Shown: positions 21,643 through 35,354 of the stretch, piece after piece
Numbering within the stretch: position 1 is the first letter of the stretch
Layout: each line of letters begins with the position of its first letter
NCBI GenBank assembly: GCA_000934665.2
Contig: KZ538289.1
Span: 62,001 to 126,000, forward strand
Source: Catajapyx aquilonaris
Taxonomy: Eukaryota
Direction of reading: 5' to 3'
DNA: 64,000 nt
The notes under the pieces: generated by a model
What the model saw: the letters and a program-made list of their open reading frames with translations, nothing else
Told to the model about the DNA's origin: nothing
Databases searched by the model: none
Program-made: the position numbers and the translations under genes

Positions 21643-24600
21643 TATGACCGAGTATGGCCCGCATTCTGTGTCTGCGCAATGCAATGCTGGTGGATGGATT
21701 TACGAGCACAACTTATAGTTTATGACTAAAGTTGAAAAAATAATCCCTTTAACCTCTATACATGACATGATGGCAGTGTCCATGATCTTGAAACACATTA
21801 GCAGGTGATTAGCCAAACGCCATAGTGCCCCCCATGCCCATAGAGAGATTTGGGTTTTGCAGCAGACACACGCACGACCACTAGGTGCATCTTTGCCAGG
21901 AAGTTGATGACCGCTAAAGCACATAGAGTACACCGCTCTGATGGGGCCTTACAATAACGTATTCGCCAGAAAGGGTCGCAGGTGGGACATTACCCAGGCC
22001 ATTCAGCTTGGTGAAAACTGGTCTAAAGTGATGAAGGGGAGGATATTGTGGGCCAGTATCCGGTGCCCTCTAAACGCCAATGGCTTTGGGCTCAGGGGCC
22101 CATATAAACCAGTTGGTTGTGCGTGCCGTCCGGAAAATCCGCTTCGTGATCTTAAACCAAAAGATATCTCCGGCGCTAAAACTGTTCCCAGTCCATTGAG
22201 ACCTTTTAAGCCCCGACATAATACCAAAAGGAACGACGAGATCCTTTCCTGGCAATCATTGGGAGACCCACACAGCTATCGACCAAATGCGCGCGGTTTT
22301 CCCGGATTTTACCGCGCGTTCATTTTTGGACGCCCCCCTCCCCCCCTCCGAAACCTCGTGACATGGCAAAGCCGTAAAATCCTCCTAATATGCCATAAAA
22401 GAGGGAGACACCCTCATAGACTTAAAGTCATGCGCTATGTAATTAACCGCAACGAAGCTACGGTCAACGGGAGCAAAAATAAAATAAGCTGCCAAGGGCG
22501 TTATGCCTTTGGCCCTTCCACTTTTGTGCCTCCCATTTACATGACGGAACCTCCCGCAGCACCAGTAATTTTTCGCCGCCACGGCAGCGGATCTATTTCA
22601 ACAACCGCCCGGATGGGTGCTGCCTAGTCATCATTTTTTTTTCCCCCAGCCCTTTTTACCCCCCTACCCACACATACTCCACCTCTTGTCTCATTTTAGT
22701 TTCATGTGCGGAAATGGTATATTGTAATTATGCCCTGGGGGAGTTTGGGCTGGGACTAGGTCCTGAGGGCTGTTGACTGATTCGTATAGTGAAGTCACTC
22801 GTCAAGCGATGCCCAGAAGTGCTTTAGCAGTGTCCATTCGTTTTTGTCTGGTAGATATACGAGGGGGGGTCCATTCGTAATAAACGCGGGGACATGGCAA
22901 TAGATGAAAGTGCTCCCGGTGCGCCCTTATGAAATGGTGTTGCCGCAGGGCCTCTCCACTGGCTGTGGTGATGCGGTGCATTCAGGCAGGTAATGTAATT
23001 TAACATATTGTGAAAATAGTATTTCCAACCGGTGCATTATTTCCAACTGTTCTTGTGACGATATAAAGTTATCCCAAGCCGGTACCACAATTTCCTTGCC
23101 ATAAAAAACCAGGGTTAACCCCTCTTTAGAACGGAGCGTCACGAATCCTCTTTGTCCCTGGGTGTCGGCGCATACCAGTCCTTCCTTCAGGTTCTACCTG
23201 CGGCCAAACTCATATAGAAAAGGGTCTGGCCATTGAAGAGGGACCCTATGGCACGTCGCAGGGGGTTCGTGACGATATGACATCGACATTGGCTTCTCAA
23301 AATGGAAGAGAGAGGACCTCACTCCATGCCCAGCCACATGTTCGCCGCACTTTATATGGCACGCGAACCTCCTCAGCGGCTCGCAGTGATATAAAGCCCC
23401 CCAATTTCGATGAATTGTTGATAGAAGAGGTGGGGAGAGAAGCTATAGGATCATCCCTTCAATATTATTGAAGCGATTGTAAAAAAAAAGGTACTTGAGG
23501 TTAATATTCACCTTGCTAGAGTGCGTGCAATTTGTTGTTTAAAACTTTTCATGACGTAATGCGCATTACTTTGAAAATTAGCTACTGTAACAGCGAAAGC
23601 TGGAATCGGATGCAGCATCCATGTTGCGAGACGAAAGCAGCTCGAGTCGTAAGTGGGCCTCCGCTGGAGTTTCCATAACAATGTGGGCTTGCTAACAATG
23701 TCGTATGCCAAGTGATGGCGAGAACACGTCATTCCTCCCCGTCGTTAGGCATATTTCGCGGTGACCGCAAAAGTTGTAGAGGCGCGCAAAGCAAGGCTTA
23801 CCCCCGAAAGCGCCAGTTAGTATGCAGAACAGACTACTAGGGGCATGAGGGGGGGAAAGGGGGTGAAATGGCGGCAAAAGGAGTGCCCCCCTTCCTCCCC
23901 AGTCCTCCCTCTTTATGGATTATTTAACCAAAATGAAAAGTTGGCCATTTCGTTTCGGTTGGCGCCTCTGATGGCTAATTGCCGTGTGGCCCGTCGGGAC
24001 CGGAAGCGACGGGCCTCTTTATAGCCTCAGTTTGTAGCCCCTACTCCACTGAGGCAGCCATCTTGCACTATGCCACCCTATCAGGTCAGCCATGACACTT
24101 TAGGGCAAAAATTGAATTTTTCTGTCGTTCATATCTGTTATAATAAATAATAAATCATGTAAATGACACTCGGCCATCTTGCAACGTGGCCATCTTTGCG
24201 TAATGGCAGCGTGTCCTGGCATCTTTGATCAGGTCGTGCTTTGCAAGGCAAGCCCCGGCGATTTCCCTCAATCAATCAGCCGCCATGGAAGGGAAATGAG
24301 AGCCGTTTCCGCCGAGAGGTCAACCACGGCGAAACAGGGCCGACCGCCAGCACGCCGCCGGTGGACCAACCCCCCATTTATGTCTGCTGCCCAGCAGGAT
24401 GACCTGTCCCGACAGGTTATTAACAACCTCCTAAGGACACAATACCAGTGTTTATTATACCGTACCAAAACCCCCCCTGCGTGCGTCGTGTGCTGAGGTA
24501 TTGAATGCGGATATGGTTGGGACATCTACCCAATATCGGCTAAATGTGGTGATACGCGGAGACGACCATCATGTGGTGACATCCTTAGGTTACGGTAGTG

Positions 24601-24779
24601 TCGGTAAAATATGCTCGGTTGCATGCTGGGGTTGTATTTTTATGAAGGCCTTTTCCAAGCCTCCGAGCTGAGCTAACATTACACGGTAAGAATAATTTAT
24701 AGGTAGTTACAATCGATGTTCTTTTCTCTAGCGAGTATGTTCCTGCATAGTCGCTGTTTCTAGGAAAATTGCTATAAAA

Positions 24780-25316
24780 TGTGAGGTAAATTTTTGTGAA
24801 AGGTACGAATTTGTGCAAGGGAAGAATTTGCTAAAGGTACGAATTTGTGAACGGTACTGTGAAAGGTACGAATTTGTGAAAGGTAAGAATTTGTGCAAGG
24901 GAAGAATTTGTTAAAGGTACGAATTTGTGAAAGGTACGAATTTGTGAAAGGTACGAATTTGTGAAAGGTACGAATTTGTGAAAGGTACTGTGAAAGGTAC
25001 GAATTTGTGAAAGGTAAGAATTTGTGCAAGGGAAGAATTTGTGAAAGGTACGAATTTGTGAAAGGTACGAATTTGTGAAAGGTACTGTGAAAGGTACGAA
25101 TTTGTGAAAGGTACTGTGAAAGGTAAGAATTTGTGAAAGGTAAGAATTTGTGAAAAGTACGAATTTGATAAAGGTACGAATTTGTGAAAGGTACGAATTT
25201 GTTAAAGGTACGAATTTGTTAAAGGTACGAATTTGTTAAAGGTACGAATTTGTTAAAGGTACGAATTTGTTAAAGGTACGAATTTGTGAAAGGTACAATT
25301 GGCGCCCAACGTGGGG
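24780..25316 (+). mobile_element. LTR-like unit made of a 17-bp tandem array followed by a tRNA-Lys primer-binding site
   Basis: About 30 units of TGTGAAAGGTACGAATT and variants (24795-25297), bounded TGT (24780) ... ACA (25297). After a 2-nt spacer comes TGGCGCCCAACGTGGGG (25300-25316), the complement of the 3' end of tRNA-Lys(CUU) including CCA. Confidence 0.6.
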
Positions 25317-26439
25317 TGTGAAGGAAATGTTTACAAACGTCTATTAATGTACTTTTTTAACAAATTTACCCCAGCTTTTGTGTATCACCGGGTGTTCCAT
25401 ATCTACCTGGCCTGTCCGCTGTAAGCTGGTTGACACCAACCGAGAGCCAATTTTTGGGCTGATTGTGTGCGGATAAAAACAACGCGACATATTCCTTCTG
25501 AATAATGAAAGGCTTGCGGACAGCTTCAATTACCGTATATTGTTCTGGAACGCTCGGAATAACAGTAGTTAGCACCGATCCATGAACCGGGGCTATAATC
25601 AAGACAAACCTAACAGCTGGCAATGCCCCCCCCCCNCCCCCCCCCCACCCACCCTCCATGTATACAAATTACCTACACACGAGCCTACACTTCGGGATAA
25701 CATGTTGAAAACAGGAAACATTTAAAACCCGGGCTGAGCAGTGGGTGATCACAGGTCCCGGATAATTTAACCGCTGTCCACCTTTTTTTTTGTGTGTAAA
25801 ACCCTGTGTCGGAGGGAGGGCCGTAATTATCATAATATCCTGATAGCCATCATGGGCAGGGGTACACACTTAGTATTGGAAAGCCACTTTTACACCAAGG
25901 AAACTAGCAATTTATGTCAGGTATAAGATACACGACATCCTTTCCGGAAATTACATCATATCCTAAAAATTTGTATGCAAATTATTCCAGTTTCAAGCAC
26001 AATAAAATATGCATTTTATGGACACATCAACTTTTGAAGATAGTTTTTGGACCCGGTTTTAACATGGTGCAAGTTTAGGTCCCTGTGTACCTCCCTAGTC
26101 CTTGATTCAAAATTTATTAATTAATGCAGAATTAATATCTTGGAGCCTACCGCAGACACTTTTCTTGTGTCGCAAACTTCTGCAGGCATTAAAGTTTCAA
26201 TGGTCTGTTGAAGGTAGACACGTTATCTCATCTAATGATTTTCTCATGAGAGGAACAACGAATATCTGCAGTAGGAACGAGGATTATGATTATTATGTAT
26301 ATTTTTATCTTCCAGTTTTTTTTTCCTCACCACTTTTCTGCACCATTCTGGTCCTGTCAAACTATTAGTATGGGAGGCTACATCCAGAACTGTCAAAACA
26401 AGCCCAGGGTAATCGAATAGTTTGTTGCTCAGGGATCGG

Positions 26440-26440
<1 letters not shown>

Positions 26441-26506
<66 letters not shown>
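26441..26506. repeat. (CT)n microsatellite
   Basis: About 33 CT units. Confidence 0.97.
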
Positions 26507-26509
<3 letters not shown>

Positions 26510-29278
26510 TCTTTTGTGCAGAAAATTTAACGAGTTTCCTGTTTTTTGAAAATAAAAAATTCGAATCCCTCCCGAATTTTTGATTATGCACGAAGGCCGT
26601 CTGCTTGAGCATGTCAGAATTGAATGTTTGTCTGCGGAATTTGTCTGTTAGTTCCATCTGTGGATTGGACAGCAGTGATTAATGGGTCCTTTCCAACCCT
26701 CCAGATTTTATACAGTAAGCAACATTTCGGTTGGACACACCCAAAAAAAAACTATTTTTTTGTTTTGTGGTTTTCGTCGCATCCGACGGACATGGAGGAA
26801 GAGACTGGGGGAAAAAATTGTCAAGCTTTGGCGAAGAGTTTTTTTTGAGTAGAAATTGTATGTTTCATTTCAAAAATGCGAGGGTTTTGTCAAATAAGAT
26901 TGACAGCTTTGGATTCTGGTAAACAACTGCAGGTGAAGTAAACAATATGCAAAAATGTCCGGTAATGCATGATAGCAATTTGATAAAAATAACTCCAAAA
27001 TTATTCATCAGTTATATGAATACCGTAGTCACAATGTAATATTCAAAAGGTTTAAACTTTAATCGATATTTAAAACTTTCCATTATATTATTTTCATAGC
27101 CTCTCGAACGGATAATCCACGAAGCGCATTTGACTACAGTGATTTTTACAGGTGCTGGAATTAAGCTATTCAAGTTATGTGATATAATTAGGAGATTTGA
27201 GTGGGAATTAAGTACTGTACTGATGGTGAGCATTATCCAATCAAAGCCGTATGCACTGGAAAAAGGGGGGCCCCCCAACACATGTAAATCCCCAAACCCT
27301 GCTGTTTCATCCATATGCAGTAATGTTACACCTGCTCTCCAGCAATCCTCGTTGCACGTACCAAACACACGTAAAAAAGTGGCTCGAGTGCTTAATGTCG
27401 AGAATTTCAAATGTATGTGGGTATGGCCCCCACATCCCGAAATCCAACACCTCTTGTTGATCAGATCCGATCCTCCGTGTCGTATTGCCCCCACCAAAAA
27501 GTGTCTATTGGAGCGAGTGGTCGTAATGCTCATCAGTCGAACAATCGTCATGTGTTTGGTCGCACTTGTTCGGCTCTTCCGAAAAAAAATCGGTCTCAAC
27601 TTTGCCCACAATGAGTCCAAAAACATTTCGTCCAAACAAAATTCGCCCGAAGTCAGTGGGTCCAATCAAAACTCTCCTAAACGCACTCTGGCCTATCAGA
27701 ATGCTCCTAAAGGTACTCTGGGCTTTCATAACACTATGCAACACGATATTTGTCCATGGAAATTCATCTTCGTGTTCCTTAGGTCACAAGTAACCCGTAA
27801 TAATGGGCATTCATTTTGTTTTTGATTTGTTTTTGACCTCGGGGCAGGCAAAACACCAAAATCGTCAAATACAGCAGTATTTTTCCCAATCAAGTGGGCC
27901 TAAATGCTGCTAGACCATCTCGGATTTTTCTGAAAATAATCACAGCTGTACACACCTATACCGTAACACTGCATATCAAGTTTCAGCCAAATTGCGAAAT
28001 ACCGTGGGGAGGGGAAAAATCGCGAAATTTTGAAAATGGGGGCTTTTTTGGATATTTTTCTCGGTTATTGGAAGTGGTGAAGACCCAACATCTGCCGTCA
28101 GATGTGAGAGGACCGTAACTCATTATCCACTTCCCTTGCTGCGAGAAAAGAAAGCAAGTGTTACCGAAAGCATCCAAGAGGTGGCGTTGGGGGAAGGGGG
28201 GAAAAAGGAACGGCCATCCCAACTGCACCTGTTGGGTGATTTTGGTACCACTGCTTTTTTTTCTCGCCGCAAGGGGAAGTGGACATTGAGTTACGGTCTT
28301 CTCATATCTGACGGCAGACATATGCATCAAATGAAAGAGAAACGCATATAATGCGCCTGTGGAATTTGTTTTTCTGTAAAATGCACTCAGAAAAACACAT
28401 GTGGCCCAATGAAAATTAGCTCGAAGGCAATTCGTCCAATCAGAATGCTCCTAAAAAAACACTCTGGCCAATCAGAACTCTCCTAAAGACACTCTGTCCA
28501 ATCAAAACTTCCCAAAGAATTTTCGTCCAATTCGCCATCGTCACTGGAACCAAGTGTTACAATATCCCTCAAAAAATAGTTCCGTATCTGAAGTGGGCAG
28601 GTCCAGTCAGGCAAGTTGAAACCGAGGTCTGCACGCAAGTTTCACGGCTCAACTTGCGGGCCTTTCTCCGCAAAACGGGTCTTCCATCATAGGGCTGTCC
28701 CGCGCTGGTGGGACCCGCACCGCAAAGTGACAGCCACCATTGTGGAGATTGGTGGGGGGTTAGGAGCCCGTTAGATATTGCGTTTATGAGTGCCGGGAGC
28801 ACTAAGAAAAATGAGCGGCACTTTGTACCCGACAACTGAATGGATTGGAATTCGATGGCGCCTCTCCATCAGCATGGGGAGAGAGGGAGGGTTTTTGGAA
28901 CCTCCCTCTCTGTAAAACCCAACATAGGATCGGCTCTGGCGCCTGCATGTGTGTGTGTGCTCCATGGCGCCTCGTTTATGCTCGGTACTCCCGGATATAT
29001 GCGACGCACTTTTCTCCGACAGGACCAGGCACGTTCAAGCGTGATCCTGAATGGAACAGCTTCAATTTTCGGAAGCGCGGACTTTCAAGCTGAACTACCA
29101 AAAAGTTGCACAGTGCTGGACGTTAATGGTGTCGTACTTGTGGCGCCACGATCCGATGGCGGCAAAAGAGTTAATCAAAATTTGCTTCCGTATGACTACC
29201 TTCACTTGATCATAAATCATAACTGGAGGCAAATTTCGTGGCGTCACACAGTACGATACCATGGCCAGCATCCCTGTA

Positions 29279-29890
29279 CAGTGTTGGTCATTAATCGCGG
29301 CATACTGCTTGCGACACTTCCCGGTGCGGCAGAAGTGCAAATCGAAGTGATAGAGTACGAGCCGTGCGAATCAGACGTCACCGGCTGGGGGTCAATGGAG
29401 AAAAGGCTTGCAGCTCTCACCCAAGGGCTACCATTTCTTACTTACACGGCTCGCACCATGATCTTAGAATACTAAGGTCTGGACACTCCCTCTTATCGCT
29501 TGCCGGGGCGTTTTGCATGAGGTGCTCACTTGAGAGCGCCATCGCCGCCATGAGACTACCGGACTGCGCTGAACTAAGGTAGAAGAGAAGCCGCTACATG
29601 CGGGCCCAATGGCCGCGCCGGCGACCATGTTGGGTCCCCCAATGTAGCGCTTCCCTTTTGTACCTATAAAGTTCATCGTAGTCCGGTAGGGTCGCCACAT
29701 AATAGCACAATGAAAAGCTGTCTCATGGCGCTCTCAGGTGAGCACCTAATGCAAAACGTCCCGGCAGGCGATAAGATAAGATTGTAGGGGAAGTGTCCGG
29801 GGGCTGGCTCGCACTCTATCACTTCGATTTGCACGTCTGACGCATCGGAAAATGTCTCTAGCAATATGATGGAATTAATGTCCAGCACTG
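29279..29890. mobile_element. TA-flanked MITE (family of 13530-14056) with a nested inverted-repeat element at 29481-29798
   Basis: CAGTGTTGGTCATTAAT ... ATTAATGTCCAGCACTG-TA. Inner arms tcttatcgcttgccggggcgttttgcat / atgcaaaacgtcccggcaggcgataaga. Confidence 0.78.
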
Positions 29891-30635
29891 TACGACTCTG
29901 AGTAAAAGAAGTCGTCAGGTGGCAACAGTGAGGAAAACACCACAAGTGAATGCGAATCAAGATGATGTTTTCGCATAGTGATCGTTTAAAAATTCAGTGC
30001 CTTCAGAGCGAATTTGAGACACTAATGGAGTCAGGCTACATAGCCTAGGCTCTGAGAGCCTCGTTAGTCCTCATCCAGTGAGAGTATATACTGAGAGAGG
30101 AGGGGTGTTGGGAGATTCTCATTCTGTCAGCTCGGAGGAGGCAAAATGTCTCCCGGATCCTCCTGGAAATTGATGAGGAGGCCCCGAACACAAACGCACT
30201 CTCTCTCCAGTTTCACCTAACCCCTCACCTCATTAAGATCACAAACACTTGCAAGCTTGATAATGGTGAACCTCAATTAAAACTATAGCAGCGAGAGCTC
30301 CCCGATCGGACAATTCTCAGCCCGCGATAGTTAGCAGCGTCGTCTAATCGATAGTTATTACTCTTAGAGTCGAGATGAGACAGGTTCTCTCTCTCCCCCC
30401 CCCCCCATCCCAACCCTTCTCTTGTCTTCCTCTGCCATCGGCTTGGAAGCTGTACAATCTGTGGCGGCAGATGGGTGCGGATAAAGACGCTTGCTGGCTT
30501 TCTGTGCGGAAACTGTTCCATCACCCTAAATGGTACCCTTGGTTTACCCACCATGGTCTGAGACCACCACGGATAGTCTTATTTCCAACTCGTTTGATGT
30601 ATTTCCAACCGGCAACACCTGCGCGTGATACTCAC

Positions 30636-30785
30636 TTTGGCAGTTGGCCATGGAGGGTGGCATCCTGAACCCAAGTCCACTGGATAAGGGGTCTGCTCGT
30701 TGTAAGGGGTCGAGGGGTGAGGCGAAGTGTCCTCCTAAGAAGGGACGTTGTCCAAAAGCGAAGGCGTGGAACTGTTGTTGTTGTC
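30636..30785 (-). CDS. Runx: Runx coding exon 3
   Basis: Acceptor gcag|, (R)QQQQFHAFAFGQRPFLGGHFASPLDPLQRADPLSSGLGFRMPPSMANCQ, donor AA|GTGAGT. 150 nt, phase 1-1, in frame with exon 2. Confidence 0.9.
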
Positions 30786-33700
30786 CTGCCATGCAATGAA
30801 ATAACACTTGCGATTAGTACGCTGATGACATTGTTACTCTAACTGGTGTCATCTTATCCTATACTCATACCGTCTAAAAGTCGAACAAATTACATAAATA
30901 TTATTAGTATTTTAAATATCCGAATGTGAGCCCATGCCGAGAAAATGTTTTGTTCCTCTCCGAATGTTCAACTCATGTCGAATTTAAGACCAATTAACGC
31001 AAGCGTGCCCACAGTATAACCTCTGGGGCACAAAACTCAAAAAGTTCAGGTGACAATGTTCAGAATAAGGAAAACCACAGCAAAATGTGGCATCTTCCCT
31101 GTACTCACCTTATGGAGTACACACATGTCACACGACTGTGAGGCTGGGATTGTTGAATACCATTAATATTATGTCTTTTGATGTTGAATGTGTAATTTAA
31201 ATGAGGCTCTTAAAATAATGCTTCAACACAGCTTAGTCGCCATCATCAGTATATAACGCTTGATACGCCCTGTTGCTTCTCAACAGAGTCGACATCCGGG
31301 ATGCCGCTGGTCCCATATGGCCCTCCATATACGAGGAAATGTTGCCCTATATCTACACCACATGCCTCTCACTCACATACTTTCCTATACATTCTCTTCA
31401 GGCTTATCGCATAAGTATATGATGGGCATTCACTGGTCCGGACAGTAAGGTATTGCGTAAACAACCAACATCAATCACCGGAAATTAGCGCAACACACCC
31501 TGTGACCTCACCTTAAGTAATTGGTGAATGTTGACCAATATGTAGGTCAATCGACTGCATACAAATGACTCTAACATCTGATAGAAATATCTAGCAATTG
31601 ACGTACTAGCTGCCAACACTTGTTCTTTCCTATATCCGCAGACAGAAATGGTGAGCTGGAAAGTTCAAAGTTGCACTCGGGAACACAACCAAACCAGCAA
31701 TAACAACTTGATTACTTCTCCAAATCGCTTCATGTTTTCGAAGCTCTTTAAAACAACAAAAAGTCCTCGCCGCTTGGATACAAAAAAAGAACTATCCGGT
31801 GACAAACGTTCCAAAACAGTTAATCAAGCCGAGCATGCTCAATATGAACATTTGATGGCCATCGTCCTCCCCTGCGGATCCGATTCCAGGACTGTTAAGA
31901 GCTCCCGGGTTTCCACCCTGCGCCCCCAAACGAACGGTATAAAAATCAAGCTCTCCCGCCAAAATTAACGGTCGGAATTGGGCTAAGCAGTTGGGCCTAC
32001 ACAATCGCAGAAAAAGGATACATCTGCGGTGTATCCATTAGCTATCAGATAACCTTTGAACTTTGGATGTTCCTTGACAATGTAAAGCCACAAAAATAGC
32101 TGTATGAGGTGCTGTGAGAGTGTGAAGAAGCCAGTATCACAGTGTGTGGGAACATGTACCTCTTTTTTTGTTGTTGTTGAGTTGAGGGTTTGTAGGAGGT
32201 GAAAAAGCGTTGATAGCAGTACAGTACGTGTGTGAACAGCTACTGCCAAGCTTCCCCGCTGCATGTCAGCGAAGTGCAATCGATAATTTCATAGTCCCCA
32301 ACCAATTACGTGCCCCCTTTGACGACCACAGGAAGTAGGGAGGAGTAAAGTTCGATCTCGTGCCTGCTTTCATTAAGCTTAAGAGATGGTATATACGTGG
32401 AGTCTCTGGCGAGCAAGACAATCCTTGGCCCATCCCAGTTAGATCCTTAGCCCTTCTTCTCTAACCGCATGGTAATTGCGGGAGTTATTGGTTTAAGAAG
32501 ACGGGGGATGCGTGGAGAGGAGCGATGGAGGATTTAGGCCCCCCCAAGTTTGTGGCTGCCACAGGTATAAAATCGTACGTGCGATATGGGCTGCATACGA
32601 CATCAGAAGACTTTGCAGGCACGCCCTTACTCACGAGGGGATATTTATTCCGGGTTAAATCATGGGGATAAGGCTATTTTCTTACTTGAAAGTACACGCA
32701 AGCGTTATATAGAAGCATGCACTCAAATGTTACGTTGACATTTAAGAAATTTGCAGAAAGTTCAGAAAGTGAAATGTGAAACGATAGACACTGCCACAAT
32801 GCACCATGAAAATCAAAAAGAAGCGCATTGTGTTTGTACTCACAGGTGTTGCAATGATATGTAAATGTATGAATTTTCAAAAAGAATTTGCACAAATTTG
32901 TAAGAAAAAAACTGTAATCCACCGTGGAGTCAATAATGAATCAGGAATGAAATTAAATAAATATTATTGTGAAAAGATTCGTATGTGTGGCAAAAATTAT
33001 TTTCTATCTAAAGGACATGTCAAAACACAGGTTTGGGACATATTCCAGAGGCAATTAAACTGGGAATTTGTGTTCCTATAGGTACTATTGTGTTATTTAC
33101 TGATTGTTTGCGAGTCAAAAGTACAGAGAATTATTGCTATTTCAATCCTAGGAGTGACATTTTGAAATTTTAATGAGAACCAAAGAACCAATTACCCTTG
33201 TTACAAAGGCAAAGCTTGTGAGAAATTATAGCAATTTTCTATGCTATGTAAGTTACTTTTGAGCTATAAGCAATTAGGAAATGACATCACTACCTAGGAA
33301 CAAACAGGAATTAATATTTTGCTACTCGGTATTATTTACATGGACATCTATAATCCGACTGTTGCTGAACACTTCGTTTTAAAAATGCTGTAAAATTAGG
33401 CGAATAAGCAATCCATAAATTTTTGAGCTATCCTCAAATTTTTCAAAAAGGGACGCTCATACATCTGCTAATGTGTCCAGCTTCTATTGTCCTCCCTACT
33501 TCTCCAATATGTACAAATCAGATTCGAATCCAGTGCATTGTTGTAAAGCTGGTATTACAGTGAGTTCAGCATCTGCACGGGCCACCACAGCGAAAACCTT
33601 CTTGCTTTGAGCCCCCCCAAAAAACCTGGAATTTGAAAATCCTGTCTCTCTTTGTTGTGGCTGCGGCCGTTTTTGGGTTGTCCCTAACGTCACCTGCTCC

Positions 33701-34441
33701 GCGCGCAAAATGGCGCTGTTCTAGGGGGGTGAGTGTTGAGGGTGGTGTGCAAAAAGTGGGAGGGGGGGGGGGGTGAGTGCAAGAGGTAAGTGCGACCGTC
33801 CCATGAATATTTGCACATCTACTGCAACACCACAGGCCTTGCTGCCGGGTAAATAACAAGCCATAACCCGTGTGGGTCTGGGCCCGTGCATATTTCACAC
33901 ATACTCGTCGGGGCTNGGGGGGGGTCGAAAACGGCGGCTGCTAAAACAAGTCCGGCTTGACCACCTCTTGTCATTTCATTGACTTGTCTCGCAGGGACTG
34001 TTGTTTTTTGGTTCAACAACATGGGCAGCAGAACTAGGGTTTCAAATCGAGACCTTCCCGTAGGAATTGGCGAATTTTATAAAACTGTACTGGAGGCTGA
34101 CGGTAATCTGAAATGAATGATTTAAACTAGGGCCAGCAGAGAGAGAAGGGTTTTTTTTCTCTTTCCAAAAAGAGCCTTTGTTGCATAGGGTTTTAATTCT
34201 TCATCGAGGCCGAGAATTGTTGTCATGCAAGCCGTTTCGCTCTCAAGCCTGCTTATTGTTGCATGGGCAATGGTAGAGCAAAACCTTCACCCATTTTTGA
34301 GGTCTGGGTTTGTATGCAGGGTGTATCAAATGCCAAATACTTTTTTTTAAATACCGTAATAAATATTGAATATTATGTCCATCATCAAATAATTGCAGTG
34401 AAAATATTTTAATATAATGTATCGAATGCTACTCACACTTT

Positions 34442-35040
34442 ATACACTGGTATGGTCACCTTTTTCCCACTGAATCCGTTAAAAGTCCGTTAAAAGTCCG
34501 TTAAAATCCGTTGAAAATCCGGAATTCAGCAAAATATTAAATCAAATTGAAGGAGAAATTTACTCTAATAATATTGTTATTGAACATACACTAGTAGGGT
34601 CACCTTTTTGCCACTGAATCCGTTAAAAGTCCGTTAAAAGTCTGTTAAAATCCGTTGAAAATCCGGAATTCAGCAAAATATTAAATCAAATTGAAGGAAA
34701 AATTTACTCTAATAATATTGTTATTGAACATACACTAGTAGGGTCACCTTTTTGCCACTGAATCCGTTAAAAGTCTGTTAAAATTCGTTAAAAATCCTGA
34801 ATTTAGCAAAATATTACAATTAAATATTACAAAAAATCACACTGAAGGAAAAATTTACTATAATAATATTGTTATTGAACATACACTAGTAGGGTCACCT
34901 TTTTGCCACTGAATCCGTTAAAAGTCCGAAGTCCGTTAAAATCCGTTAAAAGACCGTTAAAATCCGTTAGAAATCCGGAATTTAGCAAAACTTTAAATCA
35001 CATTGAATGATAAATTTACTCTAATAATATTGTTATTGAA
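34442..35040. repeat. Four tandem ~145-150-bp units with an internal ccgttaaaa(gt) subrepeat
   Basis: Each unit starts atacact(a/g)gta(g/t)ggtcaccttttt(g/c)ccactgaatccgttaaaag and ends taataatattgttattgaa. Confidence 0.93.
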
Positions 35041-35150
35041 TAATTGACACTTAAACGCTATTTCATAAAGTGGAGCAGTGTCAGCAAATTATTGTTGATA
35101 TATTAAACAGCAAATCGCCTTGTGTCTTATTACACCGTTACGTATGTCTA

Positions 35151-35354
<204 letters not shown>

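Noticed and set aside
21941..22627. 228-aa plus-strand ORF
   Set aside because: No recognisable domain or exon structure; intronic and antisense to Runx.
24795..25297. CRISPR array
   Set aside because: The units are contiguous with no unique spacers, there are no cas genes, and the context is eukaryotic. The same applies to the other arrays.
27012..27825. Overlapping 217-aa and 231-aa ORFs
   Set aside because: No transposase or other motif recognised; partly formed from CCAAT-repeat sequence.
28840..29475. 211-aa ORF
   Set aside because: Runs through MITE sequence that is repeated near 13.5-14.0 kb; no protein motif.
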